Source of the DNA: an uncultured Clostridia bacterium
GTDB taxonomy: Bacteria; Bacillota; Clostridia; TANB77; CAG-508
NCBI GenBank assembly: GCA_947581805.1
Contig: CANPVM010000003.1
Span: 137,775 to 201,774, forward strand
Length of the DNA: 64,000 nucleotides
Reading direction: 5' to 3'
The notes under the pieces were generated by a model. The model was not told the origin of the DNA and ran no database searches. It worked only from the letters and a program-made list of their open reading frames with translations. Of the stretch, positions 1-9,831 are shown one piece after another (position 1 is the first letter of the stretch; the number at the start of each line of letters is the position of its first letter). A program made the translations under genes and the position numbers.

Positions 1-465
1 TCTTTCTTTCATTTGCTCAACGCATCCATAAAAATCTGCTCCAACCATATCCATTTTGTTGACATATGCCATTCTTGGTACTTTGTACTTATCGGCTTGT
101 CTCCATACGGTTTCAGATTGTGGTTGCACACCACTTTTTGCTGCTAAAACTAGTACAGAACCATCTAATACTCTTAAAGATCTTTCTACTTCTACAGTGA
201 AGTCAACGTGACCTGGGGTATCGATAATGTTGATTCTGTGGTCCATCCATTTACAAGTAGTTGCAGCAGAAGTAATTGTAATACCTCTTTCTTGTTCTTG
301 AACCATCCAGTCCATAGTTGCTTCACCTTCGTGAACCTCTCCGATTTTATGAGTTCTACCTGTATAGAATAGAATTCTTTCGGTTGTGGTTGTTTTTCCG
401 GCATCAATATGGGCCATGATTCCTATATTTCTTGTTTTCTCTAAAGAAAACTCTCTTCCAGCCAT
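1..465 (-). CDS. fusA: Elongation factor G, N-terminal part (gene continues beyond window start); translation [31 protein letters not shown]...
   Basis: Minus-strand translation from ATG at 463-465 gives canonical EF-G G-domain ([17 protein letters not shown]); RBS GGAGGA 7 nt upstream; follows rpsL-rpsG as in str operon. Confidence 0.9.
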   Translation of the reverse strand, partial: MAGREFSLEKTRNIGIMAHIDAGKTTTTERILFYTGRTHKIGEVHEGEATMDWMVQEQERGITITSAATTCKWMDHRINIIDTPGHVDFTVEVERSLRVLDGSVLVLAAKSGVQPQSETVWRQADKYKVPRMAYVNKMDMVGADFYGCVEQMKER

Positions 466-492
466 TTGGTTGTTTCCTCCTTCTTTTTTATT

Positions 493-963
493 TTACCATT
501 TGTAATGTGCGAAAGCTTTGTTTGCTTCTGCCATTCTATGCATGTCTTCTTTCTTCTTGAATGCTCCACCATTTCCAGCGATTGCATCTAAGATTTCAGC
601 TGCTAGTTTTTCAGCCATTGTTTTTTCATGTCTGTTTCTAGCATAAGTTACTAGCCATCTTAAACCTAAAGTTTGTCTTCTTTCTGGTCTGATTTCTAGT
701 GGTACTTGGTAAGTAGCACCTCCTACACGTCTTGCCTTTACTTCAAGTACTGGCATTACATTATTAAGTGCTTCTTCGAATACTTCTAGCGGATCTTTTT
801 GCTCTTTTTCTTTAATGATATCGAATGCATCATATACAATATTTTGAGCTACTGTTTTTTTACCATCTAGCATAACATTGTTAATTAGTTTTGTAACAAG
901 TTTGCTATTGTACATTGGATCTGCTATTACGTCTCTTTTTGCGATAAATCCTCTTCTTGGCAC
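493..963 (-). CDS. rpsG: 30S ribosomal protein S7
   Basis: 156-aa [15 protein letters not shown]... typical S7; str operon order. Confidence 0.95.
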   Translation of the reverse strand: MPRRGFIAKRDVIADPMYNSKLVTKLINNVMLDGKKTVAQNIVYDAFDIIKEKEQKDPLEVFEEALNNVMPVLEVKARRVGGATYQVPLEIRPERRQTLGLRWLVTYARNRHEKTMAEKLAAEILDAIAGNGGAFKKKEDMHRMAEANKAFAHYKW

Positions 964-1198
964 TATTCTTCCCTCCTTTAATAATATTACTTAAAGTTTT
1001 CTTTAAGTATTTTTGGTACTCTTGAAAAATTCAATACTTTTTCTTTCTTCTCGAATTTTCCTAGTATAGCGCGTATAATTTATTCTAAATTTAAGTCCCT
1101 TAAATTAGTAAGTTATAGCGCACTAATTTAGTTTAAAAACCATTGCATCTTGGAAATTAAAAGTAACCTTATAATTTCAAGATAAAACAAAATAAAAA

Positions 1199-1612
1199 TT
1201 ATTTTTTAGGTTTTTTAGCTCCATACTTAGATCTAGCTTGCATTCTATCTTTTACACCAGCTGTATCTAAGGTTCCTCTTATAATGTGGTAACGAACACC
1301 TGGTAAATCTTTTACCCTTCCACCTCTAATTAGAACAACGCTGTGCTCTTGTAGGTTATGTCCAATTCCAGGAATATAAGAAGTTACTTCATACCCATTA
1401 GAAAGTCTAACTCTGGCTACTTTTCTTAAAGCAGAGTTTGGTTTCTTAGGGGTTACTGTTTTTACTACAGTACATACACCTCTCTTTTGTGGTGACCTTT
1501 TATCGGTTGTTCTTTTTTTCATAGAGTTATAACCATGTTGAAGAGCTGGTGATGTAGATTTTGTAGTAGCAGTTTGTCTTCCTTTTCTTACTAATTGATT
1601 AATTGTTGGCAC
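1199..1612 (-). CDS. rpsL: 30S ribosomal protein S12
   Basis: 137-aa [15 protein letters not shown]... [12 protein letters not shown] typical S12; RBS AAGGAGGTG upstream. Confidence 0.95.
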   Translation of the reverse strand: MPTINQLVRKGRQTATTKSTSPALQHGYNSMKKRTTDKRSPQKRGVCTVVKTVTPKKPNSALRKVARVRLSNGYEVTSYIPGIGHNLQEHSVVLIRGGRVKDLPGVRYHIIRGTLDTAGVKDRMQARSKYGAKKPKK

Positions 1613-1777
1613 TTAAATTTCACCTCCTTATTTTTTGTTTTTATTTTCTCTTTTGACAAAATAAAACCGCTACGGAATTACCATTTTTAGGCAAATTCAT
1701 AAGCGGTATTATTATATCATTTATTAGACTATATGTCAATATTATTTGTACTGTTTTTTATTTCATTTTTAAAAATA

Positions 1778-1812
1778 ATAAAGGTACCAATATTATATTG
1801 GTACCTTTTTGC
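1778..1812 (-). terminator. Rho-independent terminator hairpin (AAAGGTACCAATAT/ATATTGGTACCTTT) downstream of the 77-aa membrane protein gene
   Basis: 14-bp perfect stem followed by T-run on minus strand. Confidence 0.6.
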
Positions 1813-1814
1813 GA

Positions 1815-2048
1815 TTACTTCTTAGTTCTGCGCCCTATCAGGAAGGCAAGTACTGCTATATAAATATATACCAGTACTGTCCAAACATTTGGAGCAATTA
1901 CTTTTACGATAGAAGTAATGCCCTGCCAAATTGCCGGCCCAGCACCAATGAGTAATGCGGCTACAATTGGAACACCAATTGCAATGAAGAGGATTCTGTC
2001 TTCCCGTACTCTGTTTCTATACTTTCTTTCTGCGTTGTCCTGTTGCAT
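1815..2048 (-). CDS. Small membrane protein (77 aa, two predicted TM helices), unknown function
   Basis: ORF with strong RBS AAGGAGGA 7 nt upstream of ATG, terminator downstream; hydrophobic segments; contains an in-frame CGG (Arg15). Confidence 0.6.
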   Translation of the reverse strand: MQQDNAERKYRNRVREDRILFIAIGVPIVAALLIGAGPAIWQGITSIVKVIAPNVWTVLVYIYIAVLAFLIGRRTKK

Positions 2049-2150
2049 ATTTTTTCCTCCTTATTTTGGTTTTTCACCATTGATACTTATATTATAGCAC
2101 GTTTTTCCAAATTTTGCAAGGTTTTACATAATATTTGTTCATAATTTTTA

Positions 2151-4037
2151 TTATTTTACTTCTACTTGCTCTGTTTCATGTTCTTCTTTATTATTTGCTT
2201 GGTTTTGTTGTTCTTCTTTATTATTTGCTTGGTTTTGTTGTTCTTCTTCATAATGTTCTATTTCTGCTAATGCTTCTAATGCTTCCATATTATTGCCTTC
2301 ATATAACCAAATATGCTTTTGCTTAAACTTATTTGCATCAAATCCTGGTTTTTTTGATTCTTCTAAATATAATTTATAAATTGGATTCATTTCATGTTCT
2401 TTTACAAACTGTTCTCTTTGTGTTAATGTTTTTTCCTCTTGTTCTGTTTGTGATATTTGCTCATTTTCTGCTTCTTTTGCTGCTATTGCTTCATCTACTA
2501 TTCTTTCATTTTCTTCTAATTCTGCATCATATTGTCTTTGTTTTTCTTCTTTCTCTTCTCGTGCTATTCTTGCTGATTGTTCTGCTATTGCTTTCCTATT
2601 TCTGAACTGATTAATACTATTCATAATATTATCTAATTGTTCTCTTATTGTTACATAAATACCTTTTTTAACAGTTGCTATTCCTCTTGCTTTAGCATTG
2701 TTTGCTAAGTTTAGTAGAGTTTCTTTTTCTTCTTTTGTAAATACATCTTCTTGCTCATCATATTCAGATTCAGTTTGCTTTTTATCATATAGACCTTTTA
2801 AATTATATGTGATGCTAATTTGTTTTTCTTCCATTTCGATTTCTGTATTTTCTCGTTCTTTTTCTGCTAATACAATTTGGGTATATTGCTCAGTTTTATT
2901 GGTGCCAAACTTTTTATCATAAATAGATAATAATTTAAGTACATTAATATCTAAGCTTTCTATATTACTTAAAGTATCTTTTTGTTTTGATATATCTATT
3001 TTGTCATATTCCTCAAGTTTGGTTCTTTCTACAACTAATTTTCCTATTTTATTTACATTAGTAATAGTATAGGTATCTCTTTTAGCATTATAAATTATCT
3101 TTACCTTTTCATCAGAAATATTTAAATCTTGATATACTTCTGTTGCCTCTGATAGCTCGTCTTGTTGATTATCGATATCATTTTCAGGTTGTTCTTTTTT
3201 AGTTTGTGTCATTGGCTTAGTATTTATTATATTGTTTCTTGGTTGTGATACTGTTTGATTATGTACTTCATTTTGTGATTGTTCTTGTGGTTTTACTTCT
3301 TCTTTTTCTGGTTTTTCTGCATTAACTCCTTCTTCTGCCTTTACTTCTTCGTTTTCTTGTTCTTCTGCTTGATTGTCTATTTCATTTTCTGGCTCTTTAT
3401 ATTCTTCATAAAGACTTTCGATATTTTCATAGGTGAATTTTTCCTTAATATCTGTAATCATTTTGCTAATTTCTAAATATCTTTCTTTTGGTTTATTTCC
3501 ATCTAATAAATATAACATTTCAATTTTAGGTTCTATTTCTTTTAACCTATTTTTATTAATTAAATATCTTTCCTTTGCTTTTCTAACTGCTTGCTTTTCT
3601 GCATTAGATAAAGTATCAAACTCTTCACGAGTTACTTCATTTAATTTCAATTCTTTTTCTATTGTTTCTTTTTCTGCTTCTAGGTCTTCTAAATTTTCTT
3701 CTAATTCCATATTTCTATTAGCATCTATAATTTTTAATTTTTTTTGTAATTTTTCAATGATTTCAGATTTTGCCCCAATGATTGCATTTTTTAATTGGTT
3801 TTCTTTTCCCATTCTTTCATTTAAGATTGTGATAAATTGAGTATTTTTTTCTGCTTTTTTTGTTTCTAAATCTGTATAAAAACCACTTTCTTTATCTAAT
3901 ATATCTTTTTGCTCTTCTTCGATTTGTTTCATGTCTTCTTGTAAGTTATTTGTTGTTATGTTCAATTCTTCTATTGTTTTCTTTTGTTCATAAAAATTTT
4001 TTATTTCATCTTTTAATTTTTTTTGTATTTCTTCCAT
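2151..4037 (-). CDS. Glu/Lys-rich coiled-coil protein of unknown function with C-terminal tandem decapeptide repeats
   Basis: Long ORF; likely true start ATG (MEEIQ...) at 4037 with RBS GAAGGGAGA rather than upstream GTG at 4067; low-complexity charged sequence. Confidence 0.6.
   Translation of the reverse strand: MEEIQKKLKDEIKNFYEQKKTIEELNITTNNLQEDMKQIEEEQKDILDKESGFYTDLETKKAEKNTQFITILNERMGKENQLKNAIIGAKSEIIEKLQKKLKIIDANRNMELEENLEDLEAEKETIEKELKLNEVTREEFDTLSNAEKQAVRKAKERYLINKNRLKEIEPKIEMLYLLDGNKPKERYLEISKMITDIKEKFTYENIESLYEEYKEPENEIDNQAEEQENEEVKAEEGVNAEKPEKEEVKPQEQSQNEVHNQTVSQPRNNIINTKPMTQTKKEQPENDIDNQQDELSEATEVYQDLNISDEKVKIIYNAKRDTYTITNVNKIGKLVVERTKLEEYDKIDISKQKDTLSNIESLDINVLKLLSIYDKKFGTNKTEQYTQIVLAEKERENTEIEMEEKQISITYNLKGLYDKKQTESEYDEQEDVFTKEEKETLLNLANNAKARGIATVKKGIYVTIREQLDNIMNSINQFRNRKAIAEQSARIAREEKEEKQRQYDAELEENERIVDEAIAAKEAENEQISQTEQEEKTLTQREQFVKEHEMNPIYKLYLEESKKPGFDANKFKQKHIWLYEGNNMEALEALAEIEHYEEEQQNQANNKEEQQNQANNKEEHETEQVEVK
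2190..2262. repeat. 30-bp tandem repeat (ttgttcttctttattatttgcttggttttg x ~2.4) encoding NKEEQQNQAN repeats at C-terminus of coiled-coil protein
   Basis: Direct inspection of sequence. Confidence 0.85.
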
Positions 4038-4189
4038 ATATTTTCTCCCTTCAAAATACAGTTTCACCTATTTACCATTTTACCATAAAATGACATAAAT
4101 TGCAACTATATTATGTAAAATTTATTAAATTGTTATTAAAATTTAATCATTTTGACTTATTTTGGTAATATTTACAAAAACAGTTATGT

Positions 4190-5548
4190 TTATTTTATAA
4201 CTGTTTTTAGTTTTTGAATTGCAATATCTGCTAATTTTCCGTATTTTACTTTTTTATCTTTTATCTTTTCTAGCAGTGGTGGTAGTATTCCAAAGTTTGC
4301 ATTCATTGGTTCAAAATCACCTTCATAGCTTGAAATGTAATTTGCTAGGGCCCCTATAATAGTTTCTTTTGGAAAGATTATCGCTTGCTTTTCTGTACTT
4401 TGTCTAATTGCATTGATGGCTGCTACCATACCAGAGCTAATGGATTCTACATAGCCTTCTACCCCTGTTATTTGCCCTGCGAAGTATAAGTTTGGTATTT
4501 CTTTCATTTGATAAGTTGCATTTAATAGTTTTGGTGAATTTAAAAAAGTGTTACGGTGCATAACTCCATATTTCATAAATTCTGCTTGTTCCAAACCTGG
4601 TATAAGCGAGAATACTCTTTTTTGTTCTCCGAATTTTAAATTTGTTTGAAAACCTACCATATTGTAAAGGCTTCCTTCTTGATTATCTTGCCTTAACTGT
4701 ACTAAAGCATAGGGCCTTTTTCCTGTTCTTAAATCAGTAAAGCCTACTGGTTTTAACGGTCCAAAACGTAAAGTATCTTTTCCTCTTTTTGCCATTACTT
4801 CAATTGGCATACATCCTTCAAAAATTTCTCTTTTTTCAAATTCATGTAATTCTACCACCTCTGCATTAACTAATTCTTGCCAGAAATTTTCATATTCGTC
4901 TTGGTTCATAGGAAGATTGATATAGCTTGCTTCTTGTTCTTTGTTTCTATTTTTCCATTCTTCTATTGGTTCTTCCTTGCCTCTTTCTTGTTCATACCTA
5001 TTGCCATAAAAAGCAATAGAAAAGTCAATACTATCTTTTTCAATAATTGGGGCTGCTGCATCATAAAAACTGAGTTTTTCTTTTCCTGTTAACTTTATTA
5101 TTTCTTCTGATAAGGAATTGGAAGTAAGCGGTCCTGTTGCAATAATAACAATCCCATTTTGTAACAAGTTTTCTAAGTTTGTTACTTCTTCTCTAATGAT
5201 TTGTATATTTTTTGTATTTTCTAATACTTGCGTTACTTTTTGTGCAAATATTTCTCTATCTACTGCTAAGGCTTGTCCTGCTGGAACACTAGTTTCATCT
5301 GCAATTTTTATAAGTAAACTATCAAGCATTCGTAGTTCTTCTTTTAGCAAACCACAAGCATTCGTATGTAAATTTGATTTAAAAGAATTGCTACATACAA
5401 CTTCTGCTAGATTTGTATTGGTATGTGCTGGCGAGAACTTAGATGGTTTCATTTCATATAATTTCACGTTTATTCCTGCTTTTGCAATTTGGTAGGCCGC
5501 TTCACAACCGGCTAAACCTCCACCAATTACTGTTATATATTTTTCCAT
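4190..5548 (-). CDS. trmFO: Methylenetetrahydrofolate--tRNA-(uracil54-C5)-methyltransferase TrmFO (Gid)
   Basis: 452-aa ORF; FAD-binding N-terminus VIGGGLAGCEAAYQ and conserved PAHTN.NLAE.VCSNS motif. Confidence 0.9.
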   Translation of the reverse strand: MEKYITVIGGGLAGCEAAYQIAKAGINVKLYEMKPSKFSPAHTNTNLAEVVCSNSFKSNLHTNACGLLKEELRMLDSLLIKIADETSVPAGQALAVDREIFAQKVTQVLENTKNIQIIREEVTNLENLLQNGIVIIATGPLTSNSLSEEIIKLTGKEKLSFYDAAAPIIEKDSIDFSIAFYGNRYEQERGKEEPIEEWKNRNKEQEASYINLPMNQDEYENFWQELVNAEVVELHEFEKREIFEGCMPIEVMAKRGKDTLRFGPLKPVGFTDLRTGKRPYALVQLRQDNQEGSLYNMVGFQTNLKFGEQKRVFSLIPGLEQAEFMKYGVMHRNTFLNSPKLLNATYQMKEIPNLYFAGQITGVEGYVESISSGMVAAINAIRQSTEKQAIIFPKETIIGALANYISSYEGDFEPMNANFGILPPLLEKIKDKKVKYGKLADIAIQKLKTVIK

Positions 5549-5720
5549 ATAATATTTCCTTTCAATTATTATTTGATAATATTAATAAATAAATGTCAAT
5601 ACCTTTTACACAGATTTCCAAGTTTTTTTCTTGCAAAATTGCTTTTATTGTTATATACTATTTTGCAGTAACTATATTAATGATACTTTATGTGATAATT
5701 CACAGAAAGGAGACTTATAC

Positions 5721-6053
5721 ATGGAAAATGGACAAGATAATTTATTAAAGGAATGTAATACTCTTGCCAATGAAACAGAGAATTTTGCTTTAAGTATTTG
5801 GCACTTTATTAAAAGCAAATATTATGAGCTTTTTCCTGTGCATCTTAGTGTTTATCACCATTTTGATGGCATGGTACATATTGAATGTAATGAGTACATT
5901 TTCACTACTATTAGATATTGCTCTGTTGATGATAGACTTCTTCAGTTTGTTTCTGATTATGCAGAGCAATGTAATATTAAAGGAAAATTGTTTTTACATT
6001 CATCTAATGATTTTTTAAAAGTATTGGATTTTTCATTTTGTTATAATTCCTAA
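5721..6053 (+). CDS. Hypothetical protein (110 aa)
   Basis: ORF with RBS AAAGGAGA upstream of ATG 5721; terminator hairpin at 6058-6095. Confidence 0.45.
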   Translation: MENGQDNLLKECNTLANETENFALSIWHFIKSKYYELFPVHLSVYHHFDGMVHIECNEYIFTTIRYCSVDDRLLQFVSDYAEQCNIKGKLFLHSSNDFLKVLDFSFCYNS

Positions 6054-6097
6054 CGTATGCAAAAAGCAACTTTTCATAAGTTGCTTTTTGCTTTGTT

Positions 6098-7423
6098 TTA
6101 CTCAAATAATTCCATAATTTCTTCTTTGGATAATTTATTTAAGAAAGTTTCATTCGTTGATAACATATTATCGATTAATTTTGCTTTTCTTTCCTGTAAT
6201 TCATAAATTTTTTCTTCAATGGAATTTTTCGTAATTAGTTTGTATACTTGTACATTTCTCTTTTGTCCAATTCTGTAAGTCCTGTCTGTTGCTTGATTTT
6301 CTGCAGATAAATTCCACCATGGATCATAGTGAATAACCATATCTGCACCAATTAAGTTTAATCCTGTTCCTCCTGCCTTTAATGAAATAAGAAATACTTT
6401 AATGTTCTCATTTTCGTTAAATTCATCTACTAATTGTATTCTTTCTCCTACTTTGGTTTGTCCTGTTAATTTTAAATATGCAATGTTTTCTTTTTTTAGC
6501 TCTTTTTCAAGCATTGGAAACATTGCTGTATAGCTAGAAAATAATAGAATTTTATGTCCTGCTGCAATGGCATCTTTCATTACTTCCATACATTGCAAAA
6601 GTTTGCTACTTTCCCCTTTATAATCATTTAAAAATAATGCTGGATGGCAACAAATTTGCCTTAACCTCATTAGCAATGCTAAAATCTTAATTTGACTTTT
6701 TTCAAATCCGCTTGCTTTTATTTCGCTCATTGCCTCTTGTTTTGCATTTTGCAAATATGATAGGTAAATTTTTTGTTGTTCTTCTTCCATTTCATTATTT
6801 AATATAGTAATTGTTTTATCTGGTAATTCTGTTAACACTTCTTTTTTTATTCTTCTTAATATAAATGGTTCAATTAACATTTTTAATTTTTTCATTGCTA
6901 TTTCGTCTTCATCTCTTACAATTGGCATTTCATAAAGTTCTTTAAATTTATGATAACTGAACAAATAACCTGGCATAATGAAATCGAAAATAGACCATAG
7001 TTCTGCTAAAGAATTTTCAATAGGAGTTCCTGTTAATGCATATTTTGTTCTTGCTTGCAACTCTTTTATTGCTTTTGCATTTTGTGTGTTATTGTTTTTT
7101 ATATATTGCGCTTCATCGGCAATAATATATTGAAATTCATAATTGCATTTTTTGTAAATGTCTATGTCGCGCTTTAATAAATCATAAGAAGTAATAACAA
7201 TATTGTATTGAGATAGGCTTTCTATTTGTTTTTCTCTTTCTTGTGCATTTCCACGAATAACAAGAGTACTTAAGTTTTTAGTGAATTTTTCAATTTCATT
7301 TTTCCAATTTAATGTTAAAGAACTTGGGCATACTACAATGGTTGGCTTTGGTTCTTTTTCTCTTTGTACATAATCTAGAATAACAGCTAATAATTGTATA
7401 GTTTTTCCGAAGTCCCATATCAT
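6098..7423 (-). CDS. SNF2-family helicase, C-terminal segment (helicase C domain) - downstream part of a frameshift-interrupted gene
   Basis: Begins ..DFGKTIQLLAVI.. i.e. second half of Walker A GLGKT; SNF2 motifs (DEAQ.IKN, helicase C-terminal conserved region). Confidence 0.8.
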   Translation of the reverse strand: MIWDFGKTIQLLAVILDYVQREKEPKPTIVVCPSSLTLNWKNEIEKFTKNLSTLVIRGNAQEREKQIESLSQYNIVITSYDLLKRDIDIYKKCNYEFQYIIADEAQYIKNNNTQNAKAIKELQARTKYALTGTPIENSLAELWSIFDFIMPGYLFSYHKFKELYEMPIVRDEDEIAMKKLKMLIEPFILRRIKKEVLTELPDKTITILNNEMEEEQQKIYLSYLQNAKQEAMSEIKASGFEKSQIKILALLMRLRQICCHPALFLNDYKGESSKLLQCMEVMKDAIAAGHKILLFSSYTAMFPMLEKELKKENIAYLKLTGQTKVGERIQLVDEFNENENIKVFLISLKAGGTGLNLIGADMVIHYDPWWNLSAENQATDRTYRIGQKRNVQVYKLITKNSIEEKIYELQERKAKLIDNMLSTNETFLNKLSKEEIMELFE

Positions 7424-9425
7424 CTGCTAAAATTCCTCCAAACCCATAACTGTCTAGCACCTTTAACCATTCATAACCTATTTTTTGGTAATTTCTTAAA
7501 GTTGCGTTTAAGTTTTTTGGTAAAATAATTGGGTTTGTAAAATCTTTTTCTTCTACTTGATGTACTAATTCTTGATAATTACTATCTTTGCTAACATTTG
7601 CTATTTTGTTATTTTCTAGAATTCTATCTAAATATAAGCTTCGATAAATAGGAAGTTTTAATTCTCCTTTTTCTAGTTCTTTGTAAGAAATATCCATTCC
7701 TTTTGCCATGCTATCTAGAAAATCCATGGTTTCATTCTGTTCTAGTTCAATGAAGCTTCCATCTTTTAAACGATGATATTTTTTCTTTAAATGGTATTTT
7801 TCCATAATTTCTTTTAGCTCACTGAAATCGAAGTCAATATTGGAAAAATCAATATTTAAGAGATTATTTTCAATATGTACTCCAATGTTTCCGATTTTCG
7901 GTGCTTTTATCTCTTTTTGCTTAAATTGGTCTGTAGCAAGCACTTCAAATTTTTTCATATAAGTTTCAATATCTTGCATTAAGAATTGATAAATGTCATC
8001 TTCTTTTACAAGGATGAGCCTTGCTTTTTCTACTTCTAACATGAATCCAGATTGTTTAAATATTTCTAGAACTTCATCTTCTTTTATAATGTCTCTTGGA
8101 ATATCCTTTGGCTCTTCTAATAGAGGATTAAATTCTCTGTCTCCATACACAAATTTGATATCTGCTGTAATATAGTTTTTTTCATTATAGTCTAAATAAA
8201 GTTTTACATATAGTTCTTTTGGAATATATTGTTTTATTTCTTGCTCTATTGTAGGTTCTATACGAATTTGTTTTCTTACTTTTGGGAAAACAAGCGAAAA
8301 TAATTGACTTATTTCTTCTTTTGGAAAAACAATTTGGTTGGTTAGGTTACTACGAAATACTTGTAATAATTTTAATGTATTTTGTTTGAATTCTTCTTCA
8401 CATTGATATAGGATATGTTCTTGATAAAAGTAAATATGGCTTTTTCCTTCGATGATGTCATAGTCATAAATATCCATATTAGTAAGCAGACGATATTCTC
8501 TTTTTCCTTCTTCTTGTATTTCAAATTTGACTTCTGGTTCGCCTTTTAAAAACAATACTATTTCTTCTTTTCCATCTTTTTGGAAAAGGATTTTTTGTCC
8601 TTGTAAAACTTCAAATAGCTCGTCCATTCCACTATTGGATATGGTAATATAGCCATCTTCCATGTTTTTTCCATAATAACTATATTGGTTGGTTGCTTCA
8701 TTGGCATATTTAATAATTTCCGCATATTTTAAAATATAATATAAAATTGGAAGACTTTCTTTTGAAAAAGCTTCTTCTTCATGAGTAAAGGCTAACTTCG
8801 CACCATAAGCATAATATTCCTTTTTTTGCATTCTATCATAAAATTCTGGAAAATTTTTTAGTTTATATAGCTGTTTGTCCCCTAGTTTGATTTCTAATTT
8901 CATAGTTTTTAAATAAGAATTATAAATTAATTTTGGCTCTATTTTAATGCTATGAGGCATAATTCTATTTTTCTTTTCTAGTTGTGCTTCTTCATGTGTT
9001 GGGTAAAAAGCATGAAGTAATTGTTTGAAATTACGATATTTTTCTTCTTGCCTTTGATACTTTTTGTATATTGCCATATCACTTTGCTTTTCTTCTGTTT
9101 CTCCTGAAAAAATACGAATGTAGTTTTCATTACGAGAAAATTCTAAAAGAGTCGCTAAAATATGTTGGCAAGTTCCATAATGGCTATAATAGTCTTCACA
9201 AGTACAACTAAGAGCTTCGATTTCACCTTCTACAACTTGCATATGAACATCATAGATTTCTCCATGCCCTTTTACTTTGGAACGGATTTCAAAATTTTTA
9301 TCATTTTCATAAATTACTTTTTTTATATTAATTCTTTTTTGTAAAACATAATCTTCTGCTTTTTCTTGACTTGCTTGTCCTGCCGACAGACGTAACTCAT
9401 TTAAAATACTTGGATTAACTATCAT
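7296..9425 (-). CDS. SNF2-family helicase, N-terminal segment with SWIM zinc finger (CxC..C.H) - upstream part of frameshift-interrupted gene
   Basis: SWIM motif LSCTCEDYYSHYGTCQHI; ends ..GILADDMGLRKNYT where GILADDMGLGKT is expected; likely start ATG 9425 (RBS AAGGAAAGGG). Confidence 0.8.
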   Translation of the reverse strand: MIVNPSILNELRLSAGQASQEKAEDYVLQKRINIKKVIYENDKNFEIRSKVKGHGEIYDVHMQVVEGEIEALSCTCEDYYSHYGTCQHILATLLEFSRNENYIRIFSGETEEKQSDMAIYKKYQRQEEKYRNFKQLLHAFYPTHEEAQLEKKNRIMPHSIKIEPKLIYNSYLKTMKLEIKLGDKQLYKLKNFPEFYDRMQKKEYYAYGAKLAFTHEEEAFSKESLPILYYILKYAEIIKYANEATNQYSYYGKNMEDGYITISNSGMDELFEVLQGQKILFQKDGKEEIVLFLKGEPEVKFEIQEEGKREYRLLTNMDIYDYDIIEGKSHIYFYQEHILYQCEEEFKQNTLKLLQVFRSNLTNQIVFPKEEISQLFSLVFPKVRKQIRIEPTIEQEIKQYIPKELYVKLYLDYNEKNYITADIKFVYGDREFNPLLEEPKDIPRDIIKEDEVLEIFKQSGFMLEVEKARLILVKEDDIYQFLMQDIETYMKKFEVLATDQFKQKEIKAPKIGNIGVHIENNLLNIDFSNIDFDFSELKEIMEKYHLKKKYHRLKDGSFIELEQNETMDFLDSMAKGMDISYKELEKGELKLPIYRSLYLDRILENNKIANVSKDSNYQELVHQVEEKDFTNPIILPKNLNATLRNYQKIGYEWLKVLDSYGFGGILADDMGLRKNYTIISCYSRLCTKRKRTKANHCSMPKFFNIKLEK

Positions 9426-9632
9426 TGTTACCCTTTCCTTTAGAGTTTTACCTCTCATTTTTTCTAGTGATATATTATATCGCATTTTTACATTTTTTAC
9501 AATAGTAATAAAGTATTTTTTGGAGCTTTTTTTGTCGATTTCTGTCTTACGATTTTTCTTGCATTCTGTATATTTACATAATATAATTGTTTTGCCTCGT
9601 TTAGAGAGTATTTTTTAAAGGAGGTGATTGCT

Positions 9633-9707
9633 TTGAAGCATATCTTTAAGTTACTAGCACTATTATTTGTTTATCTTATTCTTAAAGAATTTGGCTCTAA
9701 TACATAG
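9633..9707 (+). CDS. Putative 24-aa hydrophobic micro-peptide (TTG start)
   Basis: Near-perfect SD AAAGGAGGTG 5 nt before TTG; followed by strong terminator; no homology assessable. Confidence 0.25.
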   Translation: MKHIFKLLALLFVYLILKEFGSNT

Positions 9708-9712
9708 TGCAA

Positions 9713-9747
9713 GAAAAAACCACGAGTAGCCGCTCGTGGTTTTTTTG
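9713..9747. terminator. Bidirectional rho-independent terminator (CCACGAG-TAGCCGC-CTCGTGG flanked by A-run/T-run) downstream of topA and of the micro-ORF
   Basis: GC-rich 7-bp stem with A6 upstream and T7 downstream. Confidence 0.75.
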
Positions 9748-9831
9748 ATTACTTTGAAAATTCTTAAAGTTACTTTACTATTTTTATTTTACTCTATCTT
9801 TTAATAAATGTCAATAGTTTCCATTTGAAAT

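Noticed and set aside
192-407. 71-aa minus-strand ORF inside fusA
   Set aside because: It is an alternative frame of the EF-G coding region. The genuine EF-G frame is unambiguous.
2135-4093. Plus-strand ORFs (63-135 aa; Leu/Phe-rich) overlapping the coiled-coil gene
   Set aside because: They are antisense read-through frames of an AT-rich, purine-skewed gene. They have no RBS and a low-complexity hydrophobic translation. This is typical of spurious ORFs.
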